This document shows positions 7,706 through 19,490 of a stretch of DNA of 32,000 bases, piece by piece. The stretch is from Bacillus subtilis subsp. subtilis str. 168 (GTDB lineage Bacteria > Bacillota > Bacilli > Bacillales > Bacillaceae): positions 750,001 to 782,000 of the forward strand of contig NC_000964.3 of NCBI RefSeq assembly GCF_000009045.1. The letters run 5' to 3'. The position numbers were made by a program, and so were the translations under genes. The stretch's first letter is position 1, and each line of letters opens with the position of its first letter. Below the pieces are notes generated by a model. The model ran no database searches, was not told the origin of the DNA, and was given only the letters and a program-made list of their open reading frames with translations.

Positions 7706-7978
7706 GTGTGGTCAATATTATTTGTGACAGGGATTGTGACGGCTTGTCTGTTTGCTGGCGTATCCGTATTGATGCGGATGAGATTTCCTGACAAAAGTCG
7801 GCCGGAATGGATGTTGGCCGGGCTGATCGTCCTTGGTGTGTTTGCGATCTGGTACAGCCTCGTGTATGTACGCGGCTGGGAAGGGGCTGCGCTCGGAATG
7901 CTTGGATTCAATGTCATTTTCGGAGCCATTGCCGGATATTTGATCGATAAGGCCATCCGGCGTTACAGGAAAAGATAA
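7706..7978 (+). CDS. yesK: Small membrane protein, about 90 aa, with hydrophobic segments
   Basis: GTG 7706 lies 8 nt after SD AGGGAGG (7691-7697). The product starts (M)WSILFVTGIVTACLFAGVSVL and has a second hydrophobic stretch, WMLAGLIVLGVFAIWYSLVYV. The track ORF from 7454 overlaps yesJ. Confidence 0.7.
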   Translation: MWSILFVTGIVTACLFAGVSVLMRMRFPDKSRPEWMLAGLIVLGVFAIWYSLVYVRGWEGAALGMLGFNVIFGAIAGYLIDKAIRRYRKR

Positions 7979-7983
7979 GGCTG

Positions 7984-8036
7984 CTGCCGTCTCTCAACAG
8001 GTCGAAATTTTCACAGACCGGCAGGAATTTTCTTTC
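7984..8036 (+). terminator. Weak terminator-like hairpin after yesK
   Basis: CTGCCGTCT (7984-7992) pairs with AGACCGGCAG (8015-8024, one bulged C). The loop is long and is followed by GAATTTTCTTT. Confidence 0.3.
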
Positions 8037-8064
8037 GAAAGGAGAAATACATATTACTTTAAAA

Positions 8065-8078
8065 TGAAAGCGTTTTCC
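8065..8078 (+). promoter_or_regulatory. cre-like (CcpA) site upstream of yesL
   Basis: TGAAAGCGTTTTCC matches TGWAANCGNTNWCA at 13 of 14 positions. Confidence 0.4.
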
Positions 8079-8092
8079 AAAGCAGGAAGGTG

Positions 8093-8722
8093 ATGTTGAT
8101 GATACACAGTGTGGCAAATGGGCTGAATCATTTTTGTACGTGGGTGATGAGACTGGCCTATTTGAATGTGCTTTGGATTTTGTTTTCTCTTGCAGGCCTG
8201 GTTGTATTTGGGCTGATGCCCGCTACTGCCGCGATGTTTACAGTGGCGAGAGAATGGGCGAAGGGGAATACAGATGCCCCGGTGTTTTCTGTCTTTTTTC
8301 GGACGTTTAAAAAGGAATGGCGGGCATCACAGATCCTCGGGCTTATCGTTGTGACGGCTGCCCTGTTTCTGTTTGCGGATATGCGGATAGCGGCTCAGAT
8401 GGACCAGCCTGTGCTCGTCAATGTATTCGTGAGCATTAGTTTGATTTTCGCGTTTGTTGTGCTGTATGTGTTCCCGGTATTTTCTCATTTTGACGTAAAA
8501 ATCAGAGAGGTGCTGAGCATCAGCTTTTTCATTGCCTTCAGTCGTCCGGCGGTGACGCTTTTGATGGCAGCGGGCGCTGTCGGTGTGCTTTGTCTCGTTC
8601 TGTTTCATGTCACGTTTCTATTGTTTTTCAGCGGGAGTTTACTCAGCCTGATCTTAACGAAGCTGTCCTTTAAAGCGTTTCGGTCAATGGATCAGCGGCA
8701 GGAGAAAGAAAAGGCGGCATGA
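8093..8722 (+). CDS. yesL: DUF624-family integral membrane protein, about 209 aa
   Basis: Start cluster GTG 8090 / ATG 8093 / ATG 8099 follows SD AGGAAGGTGA. Multiple TM segments. Clear paralogue of YesV (LNVLWILFSLAGLVVFGLMPATAAMFTV vs LNGLWLLFTLLGGVLFGWAPSTAAMCAV). Stop overlaps the yesM start. Confidence 0.85.
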   Translation: MLMIHSVANGLNHFCTWVMRLAYLNVLWILFSLAGLVVFGLMPATAAMFTVAREWAKGNTDAPVFSVFFRTFKKEWRASQILGLIVVTAALFLFADMRIAAQMDQPVLVNVFVSISLIFAFVVLYVFPVFSHFDVKIREVLSISFFIAFSRPAVTLLMAAGAVGVLCLVLFHVTFLLFFSGSLLSLILTKLSFKAFRSMDQRQEKEKAA

Positions 8723-10452
8723 AGAAAAGAGTTGCTGGCTGGTACAGGCGGATGAAGATTAAGGATAAGCTGTTTGTGTTTCTATCGTTGATTATGGCCG
8801 TATCCTTTCTGTTTGTATACAGCGGGGTCCAGTATGCCTTTCATGTGTATGATGAGCAGATTTACCGCAAGTCCTCGGAGGTGCTTCGGATGTCTTCTGA
8901 AAGGATCGAAGACGAGCTGAAGAAGATAGAGGATGTGTCATATGAAATCATTACAGACGAACAGATTCAGCGCATCCTGAGCATGCAAAATCGGGATGAT
9001 ACGTATGATCAATATCAAATGAAGCAGGAGCTGTGGGATCAGCTTGCGGGATATGCCAGCGATGAAAAGTACATCGATTCCATTCATGTGATTGATGCCC
9101 GCGGCTCAGAGTATTCAGCCGGAAGCAGTTCTTCAGATCTTTTGCAGCAGGAGCAGGAAGAGGTATTTAAGCGAGCGAAAGCGAAAAGTGGAAGAAATCT
9201 TTGGATGACGCTCGGCGGGTCAGACCCCGTCCTGATTTCAGCACGGCAGATCAGGTCCTATCACCAGCTGAGTCTGAACGGCTTGGGCATGGTACTGATC
9301 CAGGTCAATGTAAAACAGATGATTCGTGATGTGCCGAAGGATTGGGGCGATTCAGTCGGAGACATTATGATTGCTGACCAAGGCGGTAATTTGGTGTATA
9401 CGGCACATGCATCAGCGCATGTTCCTGAGGCAGCAAAAGAGACGTTGAAGCACCCCGGTTATGACTTGATAAAAAAGAATGGCAAACGTTACTTTATTTC
9501 TTATCTTCAATCATCCTACCAAAATTGGAGCTACTATAACGTTATCCCCTTTGATCAGATGTTCGCAAAAATTTCCTTTATGAAAACAGTGATCGGCACA
9601 TGCTTTCTTCTCTTTTTCTGTGTGGTTTTGCTTTTCGGAAGGAAAATCGCCAACAGCATCACGGAGCCGATTGAACAGCTTGTGACCGCGATGAAATCGG
9701 TACAGCACAGCGGCATTGAAGCAGGTGTGTCGCTTTCTCTGCCGGAACATACACAGGATGAGGCCGGCATGCTGAACCGCCATTTTACTGTCATGATGAA
9801 ACGGATTAATGAGCTGATGGAAGAAAATGTGGAAAAACAGCTCATCATTAAAGAAACCGAATTGAAAGCACTGCAAGCCCAGATCAATCCGCATTTTTTA
9901 TATAACACGCTCGAGTCCATCAATTGGCTGGCCAAGGCGAATCAGCAAAAGCAAATCTCAAAAATGGTGGAATCGCTCGGTTTTCTTCTGCGAAACAGCA
10001 TACATATGAAGAAGGATATCGTGACCATTCAGGAGGAGGCGGACATTGTACGTCACTATATGACCATTCAGCGATTTCGATTTGAAGAGCGCCTGAAATT
10101 CACGTTGGATATTGACGATGAGGTGAAGCATTGCCTCATTCCGAAACTGACGCTCCAGCCGCTTGCGGAAAATGCGATTCAATACGCGCTTGAACCCTTT
10201 ACAAGGCCATGCGCCATCCGGATTCAGGCGAAAAAGGCGAAGGGCTGTGTCTGTATTACGGTCGAAGATAACGGCCCTGGCATGGATGGACGGATTCTTG
10301 AATCAACGGGTGGAAGAGGAATCGGACTTTGGAATATTCGCGAGCGCATCAGCCTGACATTCGGAGAGCCATACGGATTGCGGATTCATAGTGAGCATGA
10401 AAAGGGGACGAGGATTGTGATCACAATACCGTGCCGAAATGAGGTGGTGTGA
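8719..10452 (+). CDS. yesM: Two-component sensor histidine kinase (two TM segments + extracytoplasmic domain + HAMP + LytS/YehU-type His_kinase + HATPase), 577 aa
   Basis: ATGA overlap with yesL. TM1 LFVFLSLIMAVSFLFVYSGV; TM2 VIGTCFLLFFCVVLLFGRKI (about residue 291). Phospho-acceptor box LQAQINPHFLYNTLESINWL. ATPase motifs VEDNGPGM and GRGIGLWNIRERI. Confidence 0.93.
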   Translation: MKKRVAGWYRRMKIKDKLFVFLSLIMAVSFLFVYSGVQYAFHVYDEQIYRKSSEVLRMSSERIEDELKKIEDVSYEIITDEQIQRILSMQNRDDTYDQYQMKQELWDQLAGYASDEKYIDSIHVIDARGSEYSAGSSSSDLLQQEQEEVFKRAKAKSGRNLWMTLGGSDPVLISARQIRSYHQLSLNGLGMVLIQVNVKQMIRDVPKDWGDSVGDIMIADQGGNLVYTAHASAHVPEAAKETLKHPGYDLIKKNGKRYFISYLQSSYQNWSYYNVIPFDQMFAKISFMKTVIGTCFLLFFCVVLLFGRKIANSITEPIEQLVTAMKSVQHSGIEAGVSLSLPEHTQDEAGMLNRHFTVMMKRINELMEENVEKQLIIKETELKALQAQINPHFLYNTLESINWLAKANQQKQISKMVESLGFLLRNSIHMKKDIVTIQEEADIVRHYMTIQRFRFEERLKFTLDIDDEVKHCLIPKLTLQPLAENAIQYALEPFTRPCAIRIQAKKAKGCVCITVEDNGPGMDGRILESTGGRGIGLWNIRERISLTFGEPYGLRIHSEHEKGTRIVITIPCRNEVV

Positions 10453-11558
10453 TGTATAAAATACTGCTGGCTGATGATGAGAGGATTATCCTTGATGGAA
10501 TGGCGGGAATCATTGAGTGGGAGTCGCTTGGCGCCTCATTGATCGGAAAAGCGCAGAACGGACATGAAGCATATGAAAAGATTGTACATAAGCAGCCGCA
10601 TATCGTCATCACAGACGTCAAAATGCCCGGCATGGACGGGCTTGAGCTGATCAAAAAGGTGTCAGCCGTCAGCCCGTCGGTGCAATTTATCGTCCTGTCC
10701 GGGTTTGGAGAGTTTGAGTACGCAAAGGAAGCCATGAAATATGGGGTGAAGCATTATTTGCTGAAACCCTGCAATGAACAGCAGATTATCAGCTCGCTGG
10801 AGGAAATCATTGCTGAGCTGAAGCGGCAAGATGTGCACAAAAAGAAAACAGCCCATCTGAAACACGAGCTGGACCATATCCGTTCCTTTGCAGCCGATCA
10901 ATACTTGGAAGGCTTGATCGCCGGTGTGGCCCAGCTTTCTCCGCCGCCTTCACTTGCCGGAAAAAAGATCCGCCTCTTGATCTTAAAAGGGGAACAATCT
11001 ATTGATGCTGCAGCCAGAGAGGCACTCGGATCGGCACTGACAGCGGTTTGCAGCAGCGGTGAATGGACCGTGCTCGCCGTAGAGGAGAACGCCGCTGAAA
11101 AGGTGGCGGAGGTTTTTGCGGACCGCAAGATGGCCATCAGTCAGGCGGGAGAACTCCGGCACGCGGGGCAGCTGTTTCGTGACACAGCTGAAGCGTCTGG
11201 TGACCTGCATGGGAGCGCAGTGATTTCAAAAATGATCAGGCTTATTGCCGACGAGCTCGGAAATCCGAATCTGTCCTTAAAATGGGCGGCGAAGGATATG
11301 CTGTTTATGAATCCTGATTATCTCGGGAAGTTATTTAAGCAGGAAACAGGCGAGAAATTTTCCCAATATGTTACACGGGTGCGTCTTGAGCATGCGATGA
11401 AGCAGATGAAAATAAGGAGGGACGTGAGCGTTTCAGAAATTGCTGAAGAAATCGGGTTTGGCGATAATCCGAAGTATTTCAGTCTTGTTTTTAAAAAATA
11501 TACCGGTCTGACACCGTCAGAATTCAGAAGAAAACAGGGAGGCGCTTCCGCAGGATAG
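10452..11558 (+). CDS. yesN: Two-component response regulator with AraC-type HTH output, 368 aa
   Basis: ATG 10452 overlaps the yesM TGA (10450-10452). Receiver domain (LLADDE...VITDVKMPGMDG...LLKP). C-terminal AraC HTH (VSVSEIAEEIGFGDNPKYFSLVFKKYTGLTPSEFRR). Confidence 0.93.
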   Translation: MYKILLADDERIILDGMAGIIEWESLGASLIGKAQNGHEAYEKIVHKQPHIVITDVKMPGMDGLELIKKVSAVSPSVQFIVLSGFGEFEYAKEAMKYGVKHYLLKPCNEQQIISSLEEIIAELKRQDVHKKKTAHLKHELDHIRSFAADQYLEGLIAGVAQLSPPPSLAGKKIRLLILKGEQSIDAAAREALGSALTAVCSSGEWTVLAVEENAAEKVAEVFADRKMAISQAGELRHAGQLFRDTAEASGDLHGSAVISKMIRLIADELGNPNLSLKWAAKDMLFMNPDYLGKLFKQETGEKFSQYVTRVRLEHAMKQMKIRRDVSVSEIAEEIGFGDNPKYFSLVFKKYTGLTPSEFRRKQGGASAG

Positions 11559-11564
11559 CCATCT

Positions 11565-11606
11565 CTGTTTTTTTGACTTTCGCCACTGTTTTTTGAGTGT
11601 TTCGCC
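11565..11606 (+). promoter_or_regulatory. Tandem imperfect direct repeat (about 21 nt, two copies) upstream of yesO; candidate activator site
   Basis: CTGTTTTTTTGAC-TTTCGCC (11565-11584) and CTGTTTTTTGAGTGTTTCGCC (11586-11606). The repeat ends where the -35 would lie for TAAAAT at 11621-11626 or 11626-11631. Confidence 0.45.
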
Positions 11607-11628
11607 CTATCCGAACGCTTTAAAATAA

Positions 11629-13871
<2,243 letters not shown>

Positions 13872-13874
13872 CGG

Positions 13875-14765
13875 ATGGAGCCGGTCAACCAGCCTGTCAG
13901 AGAAGCCCCGGTTTTTGAGAGAAAAAAAGCCGGGCGCGTCAGTCCCAAACGCATACTGTTCCATGTTTTTACGGCAACGCTGGCGGTGTTGCTGCTGTAC
14001 CCGGTTATTTGGCTGTTTGTCAGCTCGTTTAAAGAAAGCGCCAGTATTTTTACAACCTCACATTCTCTCATTCCAGACCCTTTTATTCTCAGTAACTATG
14101 CTGAAGGGTGGAAGGGCATTGCGGGACAGCCGTTTCTGACGTTTATTAAAAACTCGGCGATTATTGTCGGGCTGTCAACAATCGGTGCCGTCATGTCATC
14201 GGCTGTCATTGCGTACGGATTTGCGCGTATACCGTTTAAGGGAAAAAAATTTTGGTTTGCGTGCATGATGGGGACGTTAATGCTGCCTCATGAAGTGTTG
14301 ATGATTCCGCAGTATATTATGTTTGCGAAATTAGACTGGCTGAATTCCTTTAAACCAATTGTCGTTCCGCAATTTTTCGGGCATGCGTTTTTTATCTTTC
14401 TGATGATCCAGTTTATCCGGACGATTCCCGAGGAGCTGGATGAAGCCGCGCGAATCGACGGATGCGGACGCTTTGCCTGCTTTTGGCGGATCATTCTCCC
14501 GCTGATTGCCCCCGCGCTTGCGACGTCTGCGATTTTCTCCTTCTATTGGAAGTGGGAGGAGCTGATTCAGCCGCTCTTGTATTTGAATAAGCCGGAGCTT
14601 TACCCTGTTTCACTTGCGCTGAAGCTTTTTCTCGATACAGAGTCGGCTTCGAACTGGGGCGCGATGTTTGCCATGTCAGCCGTCTCGTTATTGCCTGTGA
14701 TTCTTGTTTTCTTTTTGTTTCAGAAATATATCGTTCAGGGCATCAGTACGACCGGATTAAAATAA
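13875..14765 (+). CDS. yesQ: ABC sugar transporter permease (MalG/UgpE-like), 296 aa
   Basis: SD AAGGAGGAA lies upstream. EAA loop [26 protein letters not shown]. Confidence 0.92.
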
Positions 14766-14780
14766 AAAGGAGTGTTGCAG

Positions 14781-15815
14781 ATGGCACAGCTTATCTTTGA
14801 TGAAGAAAAGGTGACGTCGGTTATTGACCGGATCGTGAAACGGACATTTCAGATGGATTTTGCGTGGGATTGGCCGGGCGGCGTTGCGTTTTACGGTGTG
14901 GCGGAGGCCTATGAAGCGACGGAAAACGAGGAATATATCAATCTGTTAAAAACGTGGGTGGATGAACAGCTGGAGGATGGGCTGCCGCCGCTTTCGATCA
15001 ACGGAGTTTCCATTGGGCATACGCTTTTGTTCCTCCACAAGGTGACAGGTGATGACGTGTATTTGGAAACAGCGGCCGAGATGGCGGAATATGTGCTGCA
15101 TAAGGCGCCGCGCTTTGGCGAGGGTATCCTTCAGCATACGGTGAATGCGGCAGAATACGTATTCCCTGAACAGGCATGGGCGGATACGCTGATGATGGCT
15201 GGGCTGTTTATGCTGAGAATCGGGCGGGTCATGGAGCGTGAGGATTATTTTGAAGACGGCCTGCGCCAGTTTCACGGACATGAGGATGTGCTTCAGGACC
15301 CTGTCACGAATTTGTACTACCACGCCTGGGACAACAAAGCGCAAAATCATCTGTCGGGGATTTATTGGGGCAGGGCGAACGGCTGGGCGGCACTCACGAT
15401 GGCAAAGGCGCTCCCGCTTATTGAGGTGACACATCCTTCCTTTATGATCATCGACGGATCGCTCAGAGACCAGCTGAGCGCGCTTGTCCGGCTTCAGGAT
15501 GAATCAGGGCTGTGGCATACAATTTTGGATGATCCGGATTCTTATCTGGAGGTTTCGGCATCAGCGGGTATTGCTTCTGCTCTGATGTCGAGCGGAAAGC
15601 TGTATACAAAATATGTGCAGAAATCGCTTGCCGCCATTTTGGATGCAGTGGAAGAGGACGGACGGGTCAGCAGGGTATCGGCCGGGACAGCCGTCATGAA
15701 AAATGCCGAAGGATACAAACAGGTGCCTTACAAACGAATACAAGGATGGGGGCAGGGACTTGCGCTGACGTTTCTTGCTGATGTTTTGAAAACGAAAAAA
15801 CGCTTGTATCAGTAA
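14781..15815 (+). CDS. yesR: Unsaturated rhamnogalacturonyl hydrolase (GH105), 344 aa
   Basis: ATG 14781 lies 8 nt after SD AAAAGGAG. GH105-type segments [24 protein letters not shown]. No signal peptide, so cytoplasmic. Confidence 0.92.
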
Positions 15816-15837
15816 AGATAGCGGCGGGGGGAGAGGG

Positions 15838-18123
15838 ATGAAAAAACAGCCTCAACAGAAGGAACGGGTTTCTCGCTGGAAGGGAACGTATTTCAAAAGA
15901 AACTTTGTCTTCATTTTGCTGATTGCCTGTATTCCCGGATTGCTGACTGGCGGCGCAATCTACTTTCTTTCGATCGACAAGGTGGAGAAAGAGCTGCAGA
16001 GATCGCATGAAACACAGGTGGCGCGTGAGGTCAGCCGAATGGATGAGAAGCTGGGAGTGCTTGAACTGGCACTCACCCAGATGGCCTACGATTCTTCACT
16101 GATGAACGGATTGGCCGAGAGGGATTTGGAGAAAGACTTTACGTTCTCCTATCAATTAACGAAAAAGCTGTTTCTTTTGCGGGATCAGCAGCCGCTGATC
16201 GAGCAGGCTTCCATCTTTCTGAACAGCCCCCGGCCACTTGTGCTGAGCCCTGAATACAGCGCTTTGACAGAACAGGAGGCGCTTCGCAAGTATCGCTCGC
16301 TGCTTGCCTCAGACCACAGCATTTATTGGAAACGGTCGGGAAACCAAGCGATGCTGATCCAGCTCATTCCGGGCGCGGCGGAGAAACCGTTCGGCGCGAT
16401 CATGCTGGCGGTTGATCCGAAAGAAATGGAATCAATCCTGCAAAGCTTGTCCCCCTATCCTGATGGCAGTGCGTTGCTTTTAGATCAAAATCGAGAGGTG
16501 CTGTTTCATGAGGGGGAAAAAGATTTTGAAAAGACTTTACTTCATGAGATAAAAAAACAGCCTGCTGAGAACGGCCATTTTCAGATGGAATGGAAAGGCA
16601 AGGTGTATTCTGTCTCCTTTGGAGAAATGAACCGGATGCATCAGCAATGGACCTTTGTGTCAGCGGCGCCTCTTTCAGCTATTACAGCGCCGATGGTGTT
16701 TTTATCAAAAGTGATCATCGTGATGCTGGTCATTTGCATCGGTTTGGCGGTGTGCATGACATGGTATGCATCAAAAAAAATCTATCGTCCCATCCAGCAT
16801 TTGCTTGGCTTGTTTACCGGAGGAGAGAAGAAAACATGGCAGGCGTCCGGGCAGGATGAATTCAAATGGATTGAAAAGAGATGGCAGGATCTATCCCTTG
16901 AAAGCCGGAAGCTCCAACAGCAGCTCCTGCGGCAGACGCCCCATATGAAAAAGAGTTTTTTGCAGCATCTCTTACAGAGCGATTTTTACTATGACAACGA
17001 GGAAAGCCTCAGATTTCGGATGGAGGAGGCTGGCTGGAACATCGGCGGAAACGTGTTTCATGTGCTTGATCTACAGGTGACAGGGCTCCGCTGTGAAAAA
17101 AGCATCTTCCGTGAAGGTGATGAACAGCTTGCCGTGTTTACACTGACTAATATCGCTGAGGAATTGGCGGCTAAACGCGTTTTTCAGCTCTCCATACTTG
17201 ATATCGGCCGGCTTTCTGTCACCGTTCTTGTGATGAAAACAAACAGCTCTGATCTGAAGGCGTATATAACGGAGCTGGCACGCCAATTTGGAGATGTAAC
17301 CGGACTATGCCTGACCTCGACATTGAGCAGCAAGACGGAGCGTGTCACGGAAATTCCTTCTTTATTTCAGGATGTGAAATGCGGCAAATCCCGCAGGAAG
17401 TTTGCTAACCGGGATCAGGTCATTGATTTGCAGGCCGACTTCCCTCGGGATGAGCAGTTCGCTCCTTATTACCCTTTTGAGCTGGAAAAACAAATTGTTC
17501 AGACCATCCGGCTGGAAAGAAAACAGGAAGCCAAGGAACTGATAGATGGATGTATGAAGGAACTGTCGGAAAAAGCGGCCATAGACAGGCATGTGCATTC
17601 CGCCCTGATTCAGCTGTTTTCCCGCATTCAGGAGGATATTTTGCATTCCGGGCTCAATCCCAGCGAACTGTTTCAGCACCGGAATCCGTTTCTTGATATT
17701 TCAGAATTGCGCGAACCTAACGAAGCGGCGGCCTGGCTGATGGATGTAGTGGTGACGCCTTACCTTTCCAAGCTTGAGGGCAGAAAAAACAGACAGCAAA
17801 AGCAGCTGGCAGAACGTGTGATTGCGATGATTCACGAACAGTATATGGCGGACATTTCATTGGAAAGCTGTGCCGATGCGCTTGGCATGAATTCCTATAC
17901 GTTAAGCAAGGCATTTAAGCAAGTGACCGGCATTAATTTTATCGATTATGTGACCCAGATCAGAATCGAAAAGGCGAAAGAACTGCTGGTCAATACGAAT
18001 AAAAAAATTCATGATGTGTCTGAAGAAGTCGGCTATCGCCACAATTATTTCAATCGGATTTTTAAAAAACAGGTCGGCATGCCGCCGGGTGTCTTCAGGC
18101 AAATGTATCAGGAAACGCCGTGA
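15838..18123 (+). CDS. yesS: Membrane-anchored AraC-family transcriptional regulator (two TM segments + extracytoplasmic sensor-like domain + C-terminal AraC HTH), 761 aa
   Basis: SD GGGGGAGAGGG lies upstream. TM1 [24 protein letters not shown]; TM2 [26 protein letters not shown] (about residue 286). HTH: [44 protein letters not shown]...[23 protein letters not shown]. Confidence 0.92.
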
Positions 18124-18136
18124 AAGGAGAGAACAT

Positions 18137-18835
18137 GTGATGAAGAAACCGATTCAAGTATTTTTAGCGGGGGATTCCACTGTGAGTGACTGCCCGCCTC
18201 ATGAAGCGCCGATGGCGGGGTGGGGGCAGGTATTCGGGCAATTGTTTTCTGAAGGTGTGCTGGTCCGCAATCATGCCAAAGGAGGAGCGAGCACCAATTC
18301 TTTTGTGGAGGAAGGAAGGCTTCAAGCAATTGCCGAGCACATCACACAAGGCGATTATTTGTTGATTCAATTCGGCCACAATGACCAAAAACCGCGGGGG
18401 ACGAAGCCGTACTCCACATTTCAGCAGTTTCTTACCTTGTTTGCAGATACGGCACGCGAAAAGGGCGCGCATCCTGTGTTCGTCACATCGGTGCAGCGCC
18501 GCCGCTTTGATGAAAACGGACGGATCGAGCATACGCTCGGTGAGTATCCCGATGCGATGAAAGCACTGGCGAAGGAGCTCGATGTACCTGTGATTGATCT
18601 GCTTGCGAAAACAAAGGTGCTGTATGAAGCATACGGGCCGGAGGAGTCGAAGCGATTGTTCGTTTGGTTTCAGCCGAATGAACATCCGAATTACCCGGAC
18701 GGCATTGAGGACAATACGCATTTTTCGGAAAAAGGTGCAATGGAGGTTGCGAAGCTTGTGGCAGAAGGCATTGAAGAGCTCGGACTTCCGCTTAAGGACC
18801 ACCTTGTGAGCCGGGAGGGAAAAGAACATGTATAA
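18137..18835 (+). CDS. yesT: Rhamnogalacturonan acetylesterase (SGNH/GDSL hydrolase), about 232 aa
   Basis: GTG 18137 or ATG 18140 follows SD AAGGAGAG (18124-18131). SGNH blocks FLAGDSTV, GGAST, QFGHNDQ, DNTHFSEKGA. The track start 18011 lies inside yesS. Confidence 0.9.
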   Translation: MMKKPIQVFLAGDSTVSDCPPHEAPMAGWGQVFGQLFSEGVLVRNHAKGGASTNSFVEEGRLQAIAEHITQGDYLLIQFGHNDQKPRGTKPYSTFQQFLTLFADTAREKGAHPVFVTSVQRRRFDENGRIEHTLGEYPDAMKALAKELDVPVIDLLAKTKVLYEAYGPEESKRLFVWFQPNEHPNYPDGIEDNTHFSEKGAMEVAKLVAEGIEELGLPLKDHLVSREGKEHV

Positions 18836-19490
18836 GGAAGGCGCTTGCTTGTACCGCAATCCGCTCCGGTCTAAAAGCGATGTGAAGGATTGGCGGATGG
18901 AGGGAGGCGGACAGATCTCATTTGACGATCACAGCTTGCACCTGTCACATGTCCAGGATGAAGCGCACTTTGTCTTTTGGTGTCCGGAAACCTTTCCAGA
19001 CGGCATCATTGTGACATGGGACTTCTCTCCGATCGAGCAGCCTGGACTGTGTATGCTGTTTTTTGCCGCTGCGGGTATTCGCGGCGAGGATTTGTTTGAC
19101 CCAAGTCTCAGGAAAAGAACAGGAACATACCCTGAGTATCATTCAGGAGATATCAATGCCCTCCACCTGTCGTATTTCCGCAGAAAATACGCGGAGGAAA
19201 GAGCGTTCCGCACCTGCAATTTAAGAAAAAGCCGCGGTTTCCATCTCGCCGCAATGGGGGCCGATCCGCTGCCTTCTCCAGACGACGCTGATTCTCCGTA
19301 TCGTATGAAGCTGATCAAAGACAAAGGCTATGTGCACTTTTCAATCAATGGTCTGCCCATTCTTGAGTGGATGGACGACGGCAGCACATATGGGCCTGTG
19401 TTAACAAAAGGAAAAATCGGGTTCCGGCAGATGGCCCCCATGAAAGCCGTTTACAGGGATTTTGCCGTGCATCAAGCGGTGAGAAGATGA
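18828..19490 (+). CDS. yesU: DUF1961-family protein of unknown function, 220 aa
   Basis: ATG 18828 lies 7 nt after SD GGGAGGGA and overlaps the yesT 3' end by 8 nt. No signal peptide. Sequence recognised as YesU. Confidence 0.88.
   Translation: MYKEGACLYRNPLRSKSDVKDWRMEGGGQISFDDHSLHLSHVQDEAHFVFWCPETFPDGIIVTWDFSPIEQPGLCMLFFAAAGIRGEDLFDPSLRKRTGTYPEYHSGDINALHLSYFRRKYAEERAFRTCNLRKSRGFHLAAMGADPLPSPDDADSPYRMKLIKDKGYVHFSINGLPILEWMDDGSTYGPVLTKGKIGFRQMAPMKAVYRDFAVHQAVRR

Noticed and set aside
7426-7956. 176-aa minus-strand ORF antisense to yesJ and yesK
   Set aside because: It has no SD or promoter context and a low-complexity Pro/Ser/Arg-rich product. It spans a + strand intergenic region and two well-supported genes.
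18164-18859. 231-aa minus-strand ORF antisense to yesT. Similar cases are 22568..23203, 26290..26895, 14946..15434, 9511..9935 and 31029..31496
   Set aside because: These are shadow ORFs inside conserved enzyme, kinase or permease genes. Their products are Arg/Cys/His-rich with no recognisable domains, and none has a convincing SD.
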